Shown here: in pieces, positions 10,228 through 21,748 of the stretch
Numbering within the stretch: position 1 is the first letter of the stretch
How the letters are laid out: every line of letters starts with the position of its first letter
Origin: Sedimentisphaerales bacterium
Lineage (GTDB): Bacteria > Planctomycetota > Phycisphaerae > Sedimentisphaerales > Anaerobacaceae
Direction: 5' to 3'
Length of the DNA stretch: 64,000 nucleotides
Assembly (NCBI GenBank): GCA_963708075.1
Contig: OY970194.1
Coordinates: forward strand, 6,464,001 to 6,528,000
Translations under genes and position numbers: made by a program
Notes under the pieces: generated by a model
Told to the model about the DNA's origin: nothing
What the model saw: only the letters and a program-made list of their open reading frames with translations
Database searches by the model: none

Positions 10228-10544
10228 CATGCTTACGCTCGCGTAAGTACGTGTTTAGCGTGAAGCCCGCCGTTCGCCGGGTGGCACCGCCAAACTCGTT
10301 TGACGGTGCTCATTCGACCGAGTCTGGTCAATCGAGACCCCACGGGCAAACAAGTTTGCCCGTGCCACCCAGGACTGGGCGCGTCCAGGCTAAACACGTA
10401 CTCGCGTAAGCATGCCTTGCCCATCGAGTGGAACATGTCTACGCAAGCGTAGACATGGCGCCCGGCTTGTCATTGCGAGCGTAGCGAAGCAATCTCCCAG
10501 GCATGGGATTGAGATTGCTTCGTCGCTGCGTTCCTCGCAATGAC
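10228..10544. repeat. Cluster of four REP-like palindromes between convergent genes
   Basis: Outer inverted repeat (IR) CATGCTTACGC...GTACGTGTTTAGC / GCTAAACACGTAC...GCGTAAGCATG (10228-10414) encloses a family-B element GGGTGGCAC...GTGCCACCC (10279-10370). Then CATGTCTACGCAAGCGTAGACATG (10434-10457) and GTCATTGCGAG...CTCGCAATGAC (10469-10544). Confidence 0.85.
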
Positions 10545-10566
10545 ATTCACCGTGTTGAGAAAGTCT

Positions 10567-12141
10567 CTACACGCCGAGCAGCTTCGCGTACGCCAGAAGG
10601 CGTTCGTCTTTGGTGCCGCCGAGGACCGCCTTGGTAAGCACCTTGCCGAGTTGCACGCCCTCCTGATCGAAGGAGTTGATATTCCAGGTGAGACCCTGGA
10701 ACATGACCTTGTTTTCAAAGTGGGCCAGGAGCGCGCCGAGCGCCTTGGGCGTGAGCATATCGCCGTGGATCAGGCTGGAAGGCCGCTCGCCCTCGAAGTT
10801 CTTGTTGAGGTTCGCGTTTTCTTTCCCGCCGGCAAACGCGACGATTTGTGCAACCAGGTTGGCGTTGAGCTTCGTCCGGCTCGTTGAGCCTTCCACGTCC
10901 ACGTCGAAGCCGGTCTGGATTTTCCTGAAGCCGATGAACTGGAGCGGAACGATGTCGGTACCCTGGTGGAGGAGCTGATAGAAGGAATGCTGGCCGTTGG
11001 TGCCGGGCTCGCCGAAGACGATGGGGCCCGTGGAATACCGAAGCCGCTGGTTATCCACGTTCACCGATTTCCCGTTGCTCTCCATGTCCAACTGCTGCAG
11101 GTGCGCCGGGAAGCGCAGCAGAGCCTGGCTGTAGGGCAGTACGGCGGTGCAGGGGTACATGAGGAAATTCCGTTCCCATACGCCGATGAGGGCATCCATC
11201 ATGGCGGCATTGTCCCTGATGTTCGTTTTGCACGCGAGTGCATCCGCCTTATGGGCGCCGGCCAGGATCTCCGCAAACACGTCGGGGCCGAAGGCCAGGG
11301 AAAGGACGGCGCCGCCCACGGCGCTGGTTGACGAGTAGCGGCCGCCGATGAAGTCGTCGATGAAAAACGCGGCGGCGTATTCACTGGATTTGGCGAGAGG
11401 ACTGGTGGCGCTGGTCACGGCGATCATGTGCCCGTCCGGGTCCATGCCCCTTATGCCTGCGGAAGCCATTTTCGCTCTCACCATGCGTTCATTGGCCAGG
11501 GTCTCCTGCGTTGTGCCGCTCTTGGACACCAGGATGAACAGCGTGGTTTCCAGGTCCAGGTCCGCGAGCACGCCGTTGGCGTCGTCGGGATCGACATTGG
11601 AGATGAACCTCGCCTCCATTTGCAGAAGGCCGCTCTCTCTCGCGTATTGCTCGAGGGCAAGGTACAGTGCCCTTGGCCCGAGGTCCGAGCCGCCGATGCC
11701 GATCTGCACGACGGTTTTGAAGGGCTTTCCCGTGGAACCTTTGATCTTGCCCGCGTGCACGGCGGCGCAGAAATCGGCGATTTTCTTCTGCTGTTCCAGG
11801 TAGAAGGCCCGCAGGTTCTTGCCTTCGTGGAGTACGTCCTTGCCCAGTTGGCCGCGGGTCAGGTGGTGCAGGACCATCCGCTTCTCGCCGGGATTGGCGA
11901 TTGCGCCGTTGTAGAGGCTTTCGTACTTCGCGATGAGCTGTTGCTCGTCGGCGAGTTGCTGCAGGCCGTTCAGGACTTTGTCCGTCACCTTCTTCGCGGC
12001 GTAGTTGTACGTCAGGCCGCCGCCGGCGTCGATGGAGTACGCGGCGATGCGCTGCGGGACCGGCAGCAGTTCCTTCAACGAAATCGTCTCGGTGCTCAGG
12101 CGCTTCAGGGTCGTGTAAGCCCGCGTTGCGTCCAGGTTCAT
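10567..12141 (-). CDS. pgi: Glucose-6-phosphate isomerase
   Basis: IGIGGSDLGP, SKSGTTQET, GGRYSSTS, QQLDMESNGK, GTNGQHSFYQLLHQG and NSFDQEGVQLGK. Start set at ATG 12141 (GGAG upstream). Confidence 0.97.
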   Translation of the reverse strand: MNLDATRAYTTLKRLSTETISLKELLPVPQRIAAYSIDAGGGLTYNYAAKKVTDKVLNGLQQLADEQQLIAKYESLYNGAIANPGEKRMVLHHLTRGQLGKDVLHEGKNLRAFYLEQQKKIADFCAAVHAGKIKGSTGKPFKTVVQIGIGGSDLGPRALYLALEQYARESGLLQMEARFISNVDPDDANGVLADLDLETTLFILVSKSGTTQETLANERMVRAKMASAGIRGMDPDGHMIAVTSATSPLAKSSEYAAAFFIDDFIGGRYSSTSAVGGAVLSLAFGPDVFAEILAGAHKADALACKTNIRDNAAMMDALIGVWERNFLMYPCTAVLPYSQALLRFPAHLQQLDMESNGKSVNVDNQRLRYSTGPIVFGEPGTNGQHSFYQLLHQGTDIVPLQFIGFRKIQTGFDVDVEGSTSRTKLNANLVAQIVAFAGGKENANLNKNFEGERPSSLIHGDMLTPKALGALLAHFENKVMFQGLTWNINSFDQEGVQLGKVLTKAVLGGTKDERLLAYAKLLGV

Positions 12142-12513
12142 AGATTCAGCTCCATAGGTCAATCTCTCCAGGAAAACGTTCTTGGAGCCATTGTGCCCTA
12201 CAGGCGGGAAGAAGTCAAACGGTGACGCTCCATGATGCAGGGCCAACGCAGAATTGCCCGGCATATCACGCGTATGTCATTGCTTCGCTTCGCTCGCAAT
12301 GACATATGGGGCACTGCTACGGACCGACTTTGCGCTTGTCCCGCTTCGCAATGAGCCGCCAGGGTATGTGGTCGCATGCTTTGAACAAAGTGGTTCAGTG
12401 ATGAGTCCGGATGCGCGATGATGGCTGTGGGGTTTTTCAGGGAAGGAGAAAGCAAGGAGTGTTGTGCGTCCTTGCTTTCTCGTAGTTGGCGAATTCGTTA
12501 TTGCGCCGGACCG

Positions 12514-13782
12514 TTAGCGGGAACGGGCGCCGGCGAGACTGCCGCGTCGGCTGCGGCTGAAGCGCGGCCTCTTGGAGGCCTTGCGGGCGCGGAGGACCTG
12601 CCGCTGCGCCTTTGTCCGCTCCGGGCTCTGGGACAGGACGGCGGCGAAATGGGCACAGGTGAAACCCTCGTATTCCTCCAGCTTGATCTTGGTGCCGATG
12701 AACCGCTCGATCCTGGACAGTTGATCTCTCTCGTCGGGCGAGACGAACGTGATGGCGTCGCCTGCGGCGGTAGCTCGTCCGGTGCGGCCGATCCGGTGGA
12801 TGTAATCCTCCGCGTAGTTCGGCACGTCGAAGTTGACGACGTGCGAGATTCCGCGAACGTCGATGCCGCGAGCCGCGATATCGGTGGCGACCATGACCTG
12901 GAACTTGCCGCCCTTGAAGCCGTCGAGGGCGCGTTGCCGCTGCGACTGGCTGCGGCCCGAGTGGATCGCCACGGACTCGATGCCCGCCCGCTCCAGCTTG
13001 CGATGAATCTTATCCGCCCCGTGCTTGGTCCGTGAGAACACCAGCACGCAGCACATCGGCTTGTTCTGGAGCATGTGCACCAGCAGGTCCAGCTTCTGCT
13101 CCCTGGCCACGGCGTGCACGCATTGCGTGATCGTCTCGACCGGGTTGTTCTGCTCGCCGATCTCGATCAGCAGGGGAGATTCCTGGATGCCGGCGGCAAG
13201 TCGCTGGACCTCCGGTGGAATGGTCGCCGAGAAGAGCATGGTCTGGCGGTGCGTCGGCACGGCGGCCACGATCTTCTGCACGTCGGCAATGAAGCCCATG
13301 TCGAACATGCGATCCGCTTCGTCGAGCACGAACACTTCCACCGCCTTGAGGTCGATGGTGTGTCGCCGCATGTGATCCATCAGTCGCCCGGGCGTGGCCA
13401 CAACGACATCGACGCCGTGGCGGAGACTGTCGAGCTGCTTGTTCATGCTCACGCCGCCGTACACGGCCAGCGTCCGCGTGCTCGTGAATTTCCCGTACGT
13501 GTGGATCGACCGCTCGATTTGCACGGCCAGCTCCCGCGTCGGCGTGAGGATCAGTGCTTTGATGACTCGCTTCTTTCCTGTCGGGGCCTTCAACAGCCGG
13601 TTCAGGATGGGCAGCACGAACGCCGCCGTCTTGCCTGTGCCCGTCTTGGCACAGCCGATAATGTCCTGGCCGCTGAGGGCTGCCGGAATCGCCTGGGATT
13701 GAATTTCTGTGGGGGTCGTATAACCACTGGCTTGAATCCCACGCACCAGCGGCTCAGGAAGACCCATTGTCGTGAATGACAT
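12514..13782 (-). CDS. DEAD-box ATP-dependent RNA helicase (RhlE-like)
   Basis: Q motif PTEIQ, AKTGTGKT, PTRELA, ATPGRL, LDEADRM, SAT, ARGIDV, HRIGRTGR and a basic C-terminal tail. Confidence 0.95.
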   Translation of the reverse strand: MSFTTMGLPEPLVRGIQASGYTTPTEIQSQAIPAALSGQDIIGCAKTGTGKTAAFVLPILNRLLKAPTGKKRVIKALILTPTRELAVQIERSIHTYGKFTSTRTLAVYGGVSMNKQLDSLRHGVDVVVATPGRLMDHMRRHTIDLKAVEVFVLDEADRMFDMGFIADVQKIVAAVPTHRQTMLFSATIPPEVQRLAAGIQESPLLIEIGEQNNPVETITQCVHAVAREQKLDLLVHMLQNKPMCCVLVFSRTKHGADKIHRKLERAGIESVAIHSGRSQSQRQRALDGFKGGKFQVMVATDIAARGIDVRGISHVVNFDVPNYAEDYIHRIGRTGRATAAGDAITFVSPDERDQLSRIERFIGTKIKLEEYEGFTCAHFAAVLSQSPERTKAQRQVLRARKASKRPRFSRSRRGSLAGARSR

Positions 13783-14289
13783 CAACTAGAACCCTAACAA
13801 GTACCTATAAAACCACGTCTGAACACAAAGACCAACGAGAGAGCGTGCTGAGAAGCGGCTTTCGAAGATACATGCGGGATCGTGACGTGCCGTCCTGCCG
13901 AAAACTACATCCCATGGGGGTATAGAACGCCTACCTCCTGTGATCCAACTATTTTCATATTACCGCAAATGTACCCTCGGTGTTCCCGGAAATCAAGAAC
14001 ATTCCTGAATTTGTCCGACCTGCTGTCAAGAGGGGGGGCAGACAGATTCCAACGAACCCGCCCATACAGTATCGGCCATACATCGCCGGCGGTACGGCAA
14101 AATCTGCAAAATATGTCAACTAAGGAGAAATACTGAGGCAAATGCCCGGATTGAGGGTTTTCCCTAGTGGCCACATTGTTAAAATGGATATTAGTTAGGT
14201 AGACAGAATCGTTGTGCATGTCAGGATCATTCGAACTGCGGATAGGACTTCCGCTGTACGGGATGGCGACAAAGGAGTGAGGAACGACG

Positions 14290-15688
14290 TTGCGGATATT
14301 ACTGATTCAACCCGAGGTACCCGGAGGGATCGGATTTCGTATGGCGGCTCTGCCGGAGCCTTTGCACCTGGAGATGGCGGCCGCGACGGTTCCGGAGCAC
14401 GATCTTCGCATTCTTGACATGCACCTGGACGGCGATCTTGATGCCGCCCTGCGAGGCTTCGAGCCGGAGATGGTAGCGGTCACCTCGCTGACCCCCGAGG
14501 TCTACGCCGCGCGGGGGGTATTGCAGCAGGTCAAATCCTTCTCCCCGGAGATCTTCACCGTAGTGGGGGGGCACCACGCGACGCTTCTGCCGCAGGATTT
14601 CTTCATCCCCCAGGTGGATGCCATCGCCGTCGGCGAAGCGGAGCTCATGTTCAGGGACCTGGTGCAGGCGGTGTCGGACCGGCAAGGTCTGGACGCGGTC
14701 CCCAATGTGGTGTGGCGGAACAGCGACGGCGGGTTCGTTCCCAACGCCCGCTCGGAGGCCCGTGTCGATCTGGGCCGCGTGCCTCTGCCGCGGCGGGACC
14801 TGACGGAGCCCTATCGAGAACCGGTACTTCTTCCTGTTCGACAGACCCGACACGTCCGTGGCTACGTCGAGAGGCTGTCCCTTCTGCTGCAGCTTCTGCA
14901 GCGTTCACGAGTTTTATCGCGGGTCCGTCAACCAGATGCCGCCTCAACGCGTCCTGGCGGAACTCGCCACGATCCAGACCGAGCACATCACGTTTGTGGA
15001 CGACAATTTCCTCATGAACTGCAAGCGGGAGAACGAGATTGCCGACCTGATCCAATCGGAGGGCATCCACCGAAGGTACTCGATGGAGTGCCGCACGGAT
15101 TCCATTGCGAGACATCCGGAGTTGATCGAGAAGTGGGTAGAGGTCGGGCTGTACGCCGTGCTGCTCGGGCTCGAGGGCGGCTCCGACAAGATGCTCCAGA
15201 GCGTCAACAAGTCCTGCAAGGTCGATACGAACAACGAGGCCATCCGGATTCTCCAAAGCAACGGCGTGATCATCTGGGGCGCCTTCCTGGTCGATCCGGA
15301 CTGGACGGACGATGACTTCCAGCGGCTCCGCGACTACGTGTGCGAAAAGGAGATCACGCACACCCAGTTCACGATTCTCACCCCGCTGCCCGGGACCCGG
15401 CTTTATCAACAACGTCGTGACGAGCTGTTGACGGACGACTACTCCTGCTTCGATACGCTGCACGCGGTCCTGCCTACCCGCCTGCCGCGAGAGACATTCT
15501 ACCGCCGCTTCGCCGATCTGTACCGGCAGTACAACATCGGGCCCTATATCGACCTGGTGCACGCGGGCAAAATGACCCTCGAGAACTGCAAACGCGGCAA
15601 GACGATGCTGGACGCCATGGCGGACTGGGAACTGTACGTCGACAAAGATCCCGTCCTCGGCCGCCGCGAATCCCCATCACCCGTGTGA
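14290..15688 (+). CDS. B12-binding-domain radical SAM protein (apparent +1 frameshift at ~14820)
   Basis: B12-binding N-terminus (VVGGHHAT, GEAE), then TSRGCPFCCSFC, FVDDNF, LGLEGG and ILTPLPGT. Removing one A at 14819-14820 gives YRDRYFFLFDRP. Confidence 0.88.
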
Positions 15689-15742
15689 CCTGGATTCCCG
15701 AGAGCCGTGGCGCGGTACCGATTCCACCCCCCTGGAGGAGTG

Positions 15743-16080
15743 GATGACTGTCCCGAATATCCGTCCCTGATATCCCCGATTTCTTCTGAAATTCTGCCGT
15801 CTCGCATCCGACGACAATAAGGTAGGATGCCGTTGTAGCTGCTCGAACCGTCGCGGCGTGAAACCCAAGCCCGTAGGGTGCGTTCTTAACGCACGCGTTC
15901 AATCGTCCTCTTCTCCAACCGCGAACCACGCCAACCACGCCAAAACTGCACCGGACATGTCATTCCGCGAAGGCGGGAATCCATCCTCCATCGGTCCATA
16001 ATAGGTGACTGTCCCCCACACTCTCTCCGGACGAGATAATTCGTTAATTAAAGATGCGGCCCCGTTCCCCCCTTTAATTC
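15743..16080. repeat. Intergenic cluster of TG(A/T)CCCC-type motifs and REPs
   Basis: GATGACTGTCCCGAATATCC (15743), GTAGGGTGCGTTCTTAACGCAC (15873), GTCATTCCGCGAAGGCGGGAATCC (15959), AATAGGTGACTGTCCCCC (16000) and AAAGATGCGGCCCC (16050). Confidence 0.65.
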
Positions 16081-16097
16081 TCCTCCTTGGTCTTCTC

Positions 16098-18625
16098 CTA
16101 TTCGTACTGCAGGGCCATTTTCGGGTCGACTCTGAGCGCCCGGCGGGCAGGGATATACGTGGCCAGCAGTGAAGTCGCTGTGAGCACAACCACGGTAACA
16201 ACGATACTCAGGAGATCGATGCTACTGATGCCCTCGACCGCGCTGCGGATTACCCGCGTCATGGCGACCGCCAGCAGCATGCCGACCAGCAGACCTGCGA
16301 ACGTCGATATCGCGCCCTGGCGCAGCACCAGGATCAGAATGTCCCACCGCGTCGCGCCCAACGCCATACGAATGCCAATCTCCGGAATCCGCGAAGTAAC
16401 CATATGGCCCTTGATCGCATAGAGGCCGAGGCCGGCCAGGGACAGGGCCATGGCCCCGAACATCACGGCAAGTCGGGCCACAACTCTCGTGAACAATACC
16501 GTGGGATCATTGCGATGTCGATCCGCCAGAGACGCAACCGCGACGACCGGCAAACGAGGATCGAGCTTGCGAATCCGTGCGCCGATGCTGCGCACGAGGT
16601 CAGCCTCGGCTCCCGGTGCCATACTTCTGGCTTGCAGATGGATGGATGTGGGCACGTTCTGAGCTTTGATTGGCTCATAGACGTGGGGTTGGTCTTCCCC
16701 ATTGCCCCAAGCGCTCTGTAGATTCGGTACGATTCCGACCACTCGGCGGGGCGGTGGTAACCAGTCAAAACCATACTGGATGAGACAGCCAAGGGCACTG
16801 CCATCCGGCCGGAGTTTGCGGGCCAGAAGCTCATCGATGATCACGACTTCCTCTGCATCAGGAACACTGTCGAGACGATCAAAGGGCCGGCCCTGCAAGA
16901 GCCGAATTCCCATCGCCTTGAAGTAATCGCCGTTCACCTCGTACTGGTGAAGTTCCTTCGTCAATAGGCTGCCGGACGCATCGTCTGCGCGGCCCGGCAC
17001 ATACTCGACGACTCTTGCGCAACTCCAGGGCCACCACCCCAGGTCCACAGGAGATTTACGAGACAGGCCAACCGCCTGAATCTCGGGGAGATCCTTCAAC
17101 CGCTCGGCCAACGTCTCGCAGGCTTGCCTTGCTTGAACAATGCTGTAACCTCCCGCGAATGGTTCCACACTGACGATCACCTTACCGTCCAGGCCAAAAC
17201 CTGGTTCGGCCCGGGCGGCCCTCAGCGCGGTTCGAGCCAATAGGGTCGCGGTCATGACGAGCGCGACAGACAGGGCCATTTGACAGAGCACCGACAGGCC
17301 GCGTGGCAAGATCCATCGCCTTCTTCGCGCAGCTTGAAGTACACCGCGGCCGGATTCCTTCAGGTCACCACAGAGATTGCGCCCGATAGGCGCAGGGCCG
17401 GTTTCAGGCCGAAGAGCACGGTGGCAATCACGCAGAAACCTAAGGTGGCCCCCAGGACGCGCACGTCCAGCGCGATTCCAGAGGCAATGGCCTCCCCCAA
17501 CTGCATGGGAAGCTGGCCCATCGCCGCCCACAGCTTGAGAATCCTGATGCCCCAGAGGGCCACGACCACAGCCAGGATCCCTCCGAATGTGGCCAAGAGA
17601 AGCGATTCGATCAGCAACTGCCGCATGATCCTCAGACGCCCGCCCCCGATGGCCGCACGGATGGCGATTTCCCGTTGGCGTCCCTCTCCTTGAACGACAA
17701 TCATATTCGCCAGGTTCAGGCAGGCAATGAGCAGCACGACCCCGGAGGTTCCCATCAAACCCAGGCTGATACGATCCAACACGGGCCTGTCATTGTCGAC
17801 AGCATCGGCGTTGAGTCTGGGCAACGGGCGGAGGCGAAACATGGCCCCCTCTTTATACCGGCTGGGATAAATCTGCTTCAGGCGTGGGAGCATAGATTGC
17901 AGCCGTGCTTGCGCCTCCGATAGTCCCAAGCCAGGTTTGAGTCGTCCCACTAAGACTGATGGCGGATAGTGCCATCGTTCATCCGGCTTCTCCGGCTTCT
18001 CTATATAGCATTTGTCCACAAGACCGTACGTGCCCAGAGGTAACCAGAGGTCGGGGGCGACGACGGCTGTCCCTGTGAACGTCTTTGGTACAACGCCAAT
18101 GATTCTACAGAGCGTACGATTGAGACGCACATATTGGCCCACGATCTCGGGCTCAGCCCCGAAACGCTGCCAGGTTCGGTAGCTCAGGACCACCACCGGC
18201 TCGCTGCCGGCCACTTCCTCCTCCGGCAAGAAAGTCCGCCCATAGAGGGGTGCTACCCCCAGGACGGCGAAGTAGTTGGCCGTGACGTACAGCGGATCCA
18301 CATGCCTTACAATGCCGTCTCTTACCAGGGTACAGGTTCTTGTGCCGTAATTGTGGGCGATGAGATCACTGAACACCGGATTATTGTCACGCAGGTCGAC
18401 ATAGCCCGCATATAGGACGAGATTGAACTTTTCAAACTCGCAGCGCACCAATCGGTCGGGGTCTTTGACGGGCAGCGGTCGAAAGAGCAGCGTATTGACC
18501 ACGCTGAACATAGTCGTGTTGGCTCCGATGCCGATCGCCAGCGTGACCAGGGCGATGGCCGTAAAGCCGGGTTTCTTGCACAGCATGCGAAAGCCATATC
18601 GAATATCTTGCCAGAGCGTTCCCAT
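16098..18625 (-). CDS. ABC transporter permease, duplicated MacB/FtsX (ADOP) type (apparent -1 frameshift at ~17383)
   Basis: WQDIRYGFRML..PGFT..LAIGIGANT; LLIACLNLAN..REIAIRAAIG; second FtsX part EIGIRMALGA..PARRALRVDP..AL. Adding one base at 17382-17384 joins the two ORFs as ALRLSxRNLCGDLKE. Confidence 0.88.
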
Positions 18626-18875
18626 CAGGCCACCTCATAACCGCTCAACGGACCGTCCGCCCTGCTCACGGCTGCATCTCACTCGCGCTGCCGGGCGTCC
18701 GGTTGTCCTGCCGGCCCGGCACGAAGCCTGCTGCTTCGCCTACTATGACGCGTCACGCGGCCCGGCGTTAACCGTGAAAGCAGGGTTTTTCCTGCGAATT
18801 TTCCCTCCGCGGATGCCGCCAATGGCATGGACAGAGAAAAGGCCGTTCCGCATGGGCGGTCCGGCCTGGGGGGGA

Positions 18876-19004
18876 TTCGGGGGACACAATACTCAATTCG
18901 GGACCGAAATAAGTAAGGCGTCCCCGAAATTATCCCTTCCTTGTTTCCTCGACAGGGACTATCCCCGCTATCCCTAGCCATAATGGGTGGCTGTCGCCAT
19001 TATT
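18876..19004. repeat. GGGGACAC / G(T/C)GTCCCC inverted repeat plus a GGTGGCTGTC motif
   Basis: TTCGGGGGACACAATACTCAATTCGG..CCGAAATAAGTAAGGCGTCCCCGAA (18876-18929); TAATGGGTGGCTGTCGCCATTATT (18981-19004) abuts the next stop codon. Confidence 0.7.
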
Positions 19005-19005
19005 C

Positions 19006-20742
19006 TTATTTTTCCGGCGACATACTGGCCTGATTCGTTCCGCCATAGGCGCCGAGATTGATGCGGCCGCCGTTGGGCATTGGCTCCTGCCCGACGGATG
19101 TGCTCGGGTCGCCCGCGTCAATGCAGGGGCTGGTCGTGGTGTCCTGGATCCATGTCTCTGAGATCGGGTCCCATCGGCCCGCCTGCGACATCAGGTGGTA
19201 GTCGCCGTCTGTCCAGATGGTCGCAGGATCCGCAAGCCACCACGCCGTGCTCGAGTCGGCAGGAGCGGCCCAGTAGCCGGGCAGAGCGAAACCGGGGTCA
19301 GCACTGGAATTGCCTGTGCCCGGCCATCCCCCTGCCACCGCTGTATAGGAAACAATGAATTGGTCCGAGTCGGTCGCCTGGATCTGCGATGGCTCATTCC
19401 CCCATACAATACAGTTGGACAACGTTGCACCACTGCCCGAGAGAATGATGCCGGCCCCCAGCTCGCCGGCCCAATTGTCCGCGATTGTGCAGTTGATGAA
19501 TGCCGCGTTGCTGCGCTTGCAATAGACTCCGCCTGCGCCGCTGGTGTCCGCACTACGATTGCCGACAATGAGACAGTTGGCGATGGTGGGACTGCTGTCC
19601 ACACACATGATGCCTCCGAACCGTCCCCTGCCACCGGTAATCACCAGGCCACACAGAACGGTGTCCCGATTTTCCCACCCCGTGCAGTTGACGACGACCC
19701 CTCTGCCTTGGGCATCGATCACAGGCCAACCTGCAGTACCGAGATCGCCTGCATTCAGACCGTTCACCTCGATGGCCTTGCCCAGAAAGTCGATCGCCTC
19801 ATGGTAGGTCCCCGGCCGGACCATAATCTTGGCTCCTCTCTTTGCTACATCGATGGCCTCTTGAACGCAGTCGAAGGGGTGTTCGATTTTGCCATTCTCC
19901 TGGGGATCGCTAACGTTGGGATCGCCCGGAAGAGGATCCTCGGGGCCATCATCGTCGACATAGAGCGTGTCCAGAGTGCTCTCAAAATAGGCATGGACGC
20001 CGTAATCGCTTCGCATCGTAATCAGATCTGGATTCGAATCGAAAAATATGCTTCCCCGCCAGCCGACAAACTTGTATCCGGGGGCCGCCTTAGCTTCGAG
20101 CAGAACCTCCGTTTGGTCCGCATACTGGAAAGTCCCCTCACCCGGGGAGAGGACAATGCCGCCGGCCAGGGCAGAGATCGTCAGTGTTCGGATGGGTTCA
20201 GGCGAACCGGGCGGCAATCCCGGGGTTCCACTGACATAGAATTCCAGATAGTCAACGATATAGCCATCAGTACCGTCTCCAATGAGGCTGAAGACAGCTT
20301 CACCATCGTAGAGATAGTCTTTGTATGGCGTCAGATCGATTGTCGCTCCACGAACCACGTGCCTGGTCGTCTGCTCCCAGGGGTACACATCAGGGAATCG
20401 GAAGGCCGTCCTGACCCCATCGATCCACAGATACCCAGGCCGGCTTTCCGGCCAGTCGACATACTGTACAAACAGGGAACACGATCCGATGTCTGAAAAC
20501 GTAGGATACGTGAATCGGAAGGTCCGCTGCGCCCAGGCCCAGACAATGCCTTGGTCTGTGCCATCCCCATCCGGCACGCCCCAGTCGGATCGTACCACCA
20601 CGTCCCCCGGCACAACGGGAGTCGCCCCGTTGAATCCGTCGTCGTCGCCAATCCTGTACGTGTACGAGGCCGCCCGACAAGGCTGCACCGCAACCCCAAG
20701 GGATACCGCAAAGAACAAGCAGACAATCGTTACATTCCTCAT
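19006..20742 (-). CDS. Exported protein with an InlB-B-repeat-like domain and right-handed parallel beta-helix
   Basis: RBS AAGGAGG and ATG at 20742; signal peptide; PGYKFVGWRG; IQEAID-like VQEAIDVA..VRPGTYHE; SSPTIANCLIVGN repeats; C-terminal DYHLMSQAGRW..SPCIDAGDP..GRINLGAYGGT. Confidence 0.8.
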   Translation of the reverse strand: MRNVTIVCLFFAVSLGVAVQPCRAASYTYRIGDDDGFNGATPVVPGDVVVRSDWGVPDGDGTDQGIVWAWAQRTFRFTYPTFSDIGSCSLFVQYVDWPESRPGYLWIDGVRTAFRFPDVYPWEQTTRHVVRGATIDLTPYKDYLYDGEAVFSLIGDGTDGYIVDYLEFYVSGTPGLPPGSPEPIRTLTISALAGGIVLSPGEGTFQYADQTEVLLEAKAAPGYKFVGWRGSIFFDSNPDLITMRSDYGVHAYFESTLDTLYVDDDGPEDPLPGDPNVSDPQENGKIEHPFDCVQEAIDVAKRGAKIMVRPGTYHEAIDFLGKAIEVNGLNAGDLGTAGWPVIDAQGRGVVVNCTGWENRDTVLCGLVITGGRGRFGGIMCVDSSPTIANCLIVGNRSADTSGAGGVYCKRSNAAFINCTIADNWAGELGAGIILSGSGATLSNCIVWGNEPSQIQATDSDQFIVSYTAVAGGWPGTGNSSADPGFALPGYWAAPADSSTAWWLADPATIWTDGDYHLMSQAGRWDPISETWIQDTTTSPCIDAGDPSTSVGQEPMPNGGRINLGAYGGTNQASMSPEK

Positions 20743-20842
20743 GATGCCCTCCTTTTTCAAAACCGCAATTATCTCTGCGCGGCCGCACGTGCTCCGCTCT
20801 GTGGTGTGTCCCATCCAGTGGGCATGCCGCCAACCGTCCCCC

Positions 20843-20871
20843 ATTGTAGGCTTGCCGAGTGACAATTGCAA
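20843..20871 (-). promoter_or_regulatory. Sigma70-type promoter for the beta-helix gene
   Basis: TTGCAA-17-TACAAT on the minus strand. Confidence 0.55.
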
Positions 20872-20942
20872 CAAAAACCGCAGGCAATTTTCCGCCCCCG
20901 GCCTGTGGTAATTCCGGGGCTCGGGCGGTGCGTATGGGACTG

Positions 20943-21182
20943 CTATTGCGGCAAAGGGGCGGCGTCGATGGTCAGGGCAGAGTTGGGATCGACGAGGCCG
21001 GCCTCGATCAGCGAGACCGATGCGGCGTCGGAATCCGGGCTGTTGCTGTCGGAAACCAGCAGCAAGGCCTGGCTGTTTTCGAGCTTCAGGACCTCCGCCG
21101 ATGCCGTTGGGGACAGGCACAGGAGCAGGGACAGGACTGACAGGGGGACGAGGTACTTCAGGACTTTCGTGCTTCTCATCAT
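20943..21182 (-). CDS. Small exported hypothetical protein (79 aa)
   Basis: AAGG RBS; MMRSTK followed by a hydrophobic stretch and an ASA cleavage site; acidic mature part containing DPN. Confidence 0.55.
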   Translation of the reverse strand: MMRSTKVLKYLVPLSVLSLLLCLSPTASAEVLKLENSQALLLVSDSNSPDSDAASVSLIEAGLVDPNSALTIDAAPLPQ

Positions 21183-21344
21183 ATACCTTTGCTTACCGGC
21201 CGATCCGTCAGCGCACACTAACTCCAGTGCTCTCTCAACTTATCCTTTGCCGGCATCCAGGTGCCATACAGGGGCATCTCCTCCATGAGCCTCCGGGCAT
21301 CGATTCTATAACCTCCCGCCGTGCGAGTCAAACATTTCAGTTTT

Positions 21345-21700
21345 GTAGGGTGTGCATCGCACACCGATCCTCTTTCGAACTGCAAAAGACGCGAACCACC
21401 GAGAAGATCACCTCACGCAGGGACGCCGAGACGCAGAGGATGGAAGGAAGAAACGTAGAAAAGTGAGGCCTCCGCAATCCGCAATCCGCAATTCAAACGC
21501 CCCTCGCCCCGCCCCGACCACAACCGATCCACAAGGCAATGAATAATGAAGACACGCCCCCAAACCCTTAATTGTTAATTTGAGGGCTGACCCTCTTATT
21601 GCCCCACGGTGGGATCCGCCCACCGATTCCAATTCTTTACCACGAAGGACGCGAAGACCACACGAAGGATTCCGCAGAAGTGGCGTACCCCTTTAGTTCT
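21345..21700. repeat. Mosaic of REP, 9-mer and 7-mer modules
   Basis: GTAGGGTGTGCATCGCACACC; CGCAGGGACGCCGAGACGCAGAG; (CCGCAAT)x3-TCAAACGCCCC at 21472-21512, which is an inverted near-copy of 35217-35265; GGCTGACCCT; CCACGAAGGACGCGAAGACCACACGAAG. Confidence 0.65.
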
Positions 21701-21748
21701 CTAAATGAGGATTTACACCGACCGTCTAGTGCTGGTATATTGCCCACC

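Noticed and set aside
20743..21120. N-terminal extension of ORF 19006..21120
   Set aside because: A promoter, strong RBS and signal peptide place the start at 20742, and the extension overlaps the 79-aa gene.
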